Below, one piece after another: positions 62,757-64,000 of a stretch of 64,000 bases of DNA. The stretch's first letter is position 1; every line of letters begins with the position of its first letter. Under the pieces are notes generated by a model. It saw only the letters and a program-made list of their open reading frames with translations. It was not told where the DNA came from and did no database searches. The stretch lies in assembly GCF_003334765.1 (NCBI RefSeq), contig NZ_QOWT01000014.1, one strand, 5' to 3'. The position numbers and the translations under genes were made by a program. Origin of the DNA: Escherichia coli. GTDB lineage: Bacteria > Pseudomonadota > Gammaproteobacteria > Enterobacterales > Enterobacteriaceae.

Positions 62757-63431
62757 TTATTTTCCCCACAACCGGCGGGAAAAATCTTCGATCTTGCCGC
62801 TCAGTCGGCGCTTTTGCATCGTCCGCGTCCAGCTTTTCGATAACCCGGCAGCGGAGAGTAAACGGTGATATTGATCGTCATCAAACGGCATATGCCATGC
62901 GATGGCGGCAGCCTCCTGCACGGTCACATCGCTGACACGGGAAACCAACTCCAGCGGCGCGTCCGCAGACACTTTCCCTGGCGCTATCACGCTATACAAC
63001 CACCCCACCTTACCTGTGTTTTGCATCAACTGCGCTATATCGCTGATATCAAAATGGTAATTGAGTTTATAGCAAGGCGAGCGCGGCTGGCTGACCTGAA
63101 TTAATGCCTCTCCCCAGCGGAAAATATCGCCCATATAAACATTACTTTCCGTCAGGCCGTCGGTTGAGAGGTTTTCACCAAACGCAGGCGCAACAAACAA
63201 CTCCGCCTGTTCCGGAAATTCCCGCGCCCAGTAGAGATAATGCTCACGAGGATAATGACACAGCGCTCTGTCTGGCCCGCCGTGAACCTTTTTCTCCGCC
63301 TGCTCGTCACCTTCCAGCCCCAGCTCCGTCAGCATCAACTCACCATCAACCTGGATTTTAGCAATTGCGCTGGGTTTGCCTTCGGGATAAGCCTGAATCT
63401 TGCCTGTGTATACATCAACCGGATATCGCAT
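62757..63431 (-). CDS. yiiM: MOSC-domain protein (molybdenum-cofactor-dependent N-hydroxylated base detoxification)
   Basis: Start at MRYPVDVYTGKIQAYPEGKPSAIAK gives 224 aa; matches K-12 YiiM. Confidence 0.88.
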   Translation of the reverse strand: MRYPVDVYTGKIQAYPEGKPSAIAKIQVDGELMLTELGLEGDEQAEKKVHGGPDRALCHYPREHYLYWAREFPEQAELFVAPAFGENLSTDGLTESNVYMGDIFRWGEALIQVSQPRSPCYKLNYHFDISDIAQLMQNTGKVGWLYSVIAPGKVSADAPLELVSRVSDVTVQEAAAIAWHMPFDDDQYHRLLSAAGLSKSWTRTMQKRRLSGKIEDFSRRLWGK

Positions 63432-63579
63432 CTGTTCCCTCTCCACGAGAAATTTCCCCATTAGACCATATTTATTTTATGTCAGGCGTGCTGTTTTCGC
63501 GGTAAGTATCCAGGCAGGAACTCAATAGCAAACCGGACGAACGTTAGTTCATCCGGCTGTGGGGATTAAGGAAGCAGGT

Positions 63580-64000
63580 TTATTTCACCGTACCTAAAAT
63601 TTCGATTTTCGCTGCTCTGGCTTTGACTTTACGTGACCAGATAGAGGTAAGAATTGGCACCAGAATCGAAGTCACAATGACCGCCGTCGCTACCAGCGAA
63701 GTTGCTGCCGGAGCCATCGGTTTAAACGCAGGCACCATTTCTGCAATCAGCACAGGTGTCGCTACCGCGGCCCCTGCGGAACTGGAAGCGGCAATTCCGG
63801 CAGTGCCATCGCCACCGCCAATCAATTTATCGGCGATAATCAACGGAATACCGGTCACGATAATTACTGCCACACCCAACAGGATCCCCAGCAAACCAGT
63901 CTGGGCAATCACAGTCAAATCAATGGTATTGCCCAGCGCGAAGGCAAAGAATGGAATCAGCGTTTGCACCGCTTTGCTGAAAAATTCTCGCAATTCAGGG
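63580..64000 (-). CDS. kdgT: 2-keto-3-deoxygluconate permease, C-terminal part (5' end lies beyond the window)
   Basis: Hydrophobic ORF still open at the window edge; C-terminal sequence ...[28 protein letters not shown] and position beside yiiM match KdgT. Confidence 0.8.

Overview
This 64 kb window reads as ordinary enterobacterial core chromosome, co-linear (in reverse orientation) with the Escherichia coli K-12 region running from the rrnB P1 promoter/murI to kdgT. Every long ORF maps to a well-known gene, in order: murI, btuB, trmA, yijD, fabR, sthA, oxyR/oxyS, argH-argB-argC / argE, ppc, eptC, yijO, frwD-pflC-pflD-frwB-frwC / ptsA-fsaB-gldA, yijF, yijE, katG, metF, metL-metB / metJ, yiiX, rpmE, priA, cytR, ftsN, hslVU, menA, rraA, zapB, glpFKX, fpr, uspD, yiiS, yiiR, yiiQ, tpiA, cdh, sbp, pfkA, fieF, cpxP / cpxRA, yiiM and the 3' part of kdgT. 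Gene identities come from recognising the translated ORFs and several non-coding sequences (rrnB P1, btuB leader, oxyS) from memory; no database search was run and no identity percentages are claimed. Coding density is high and the intergenic gaps are filled by known element types (cobalamin riboswitch, oxyS sRNA, REP/BIME/RIP repeats, ARG and MET boxes, a sigma32 promoter, a CpxR box, intrinsic terminators). I see no inserted island, prophage, integrase, transposase, CRISPR array or toxin-antitoxin/defence module, so I do not find a previously undescribed system here. The least-understood content is the cryptic frw PTS / pflDC glycyl-radical cluster, where the PflD active-site motif visibly argues against its formate-acetyltransferase label, plus a set of small y-genes of unknown function (yijD, yijF, yijE, yiiX, yiiS, yiiR, yiiQ).
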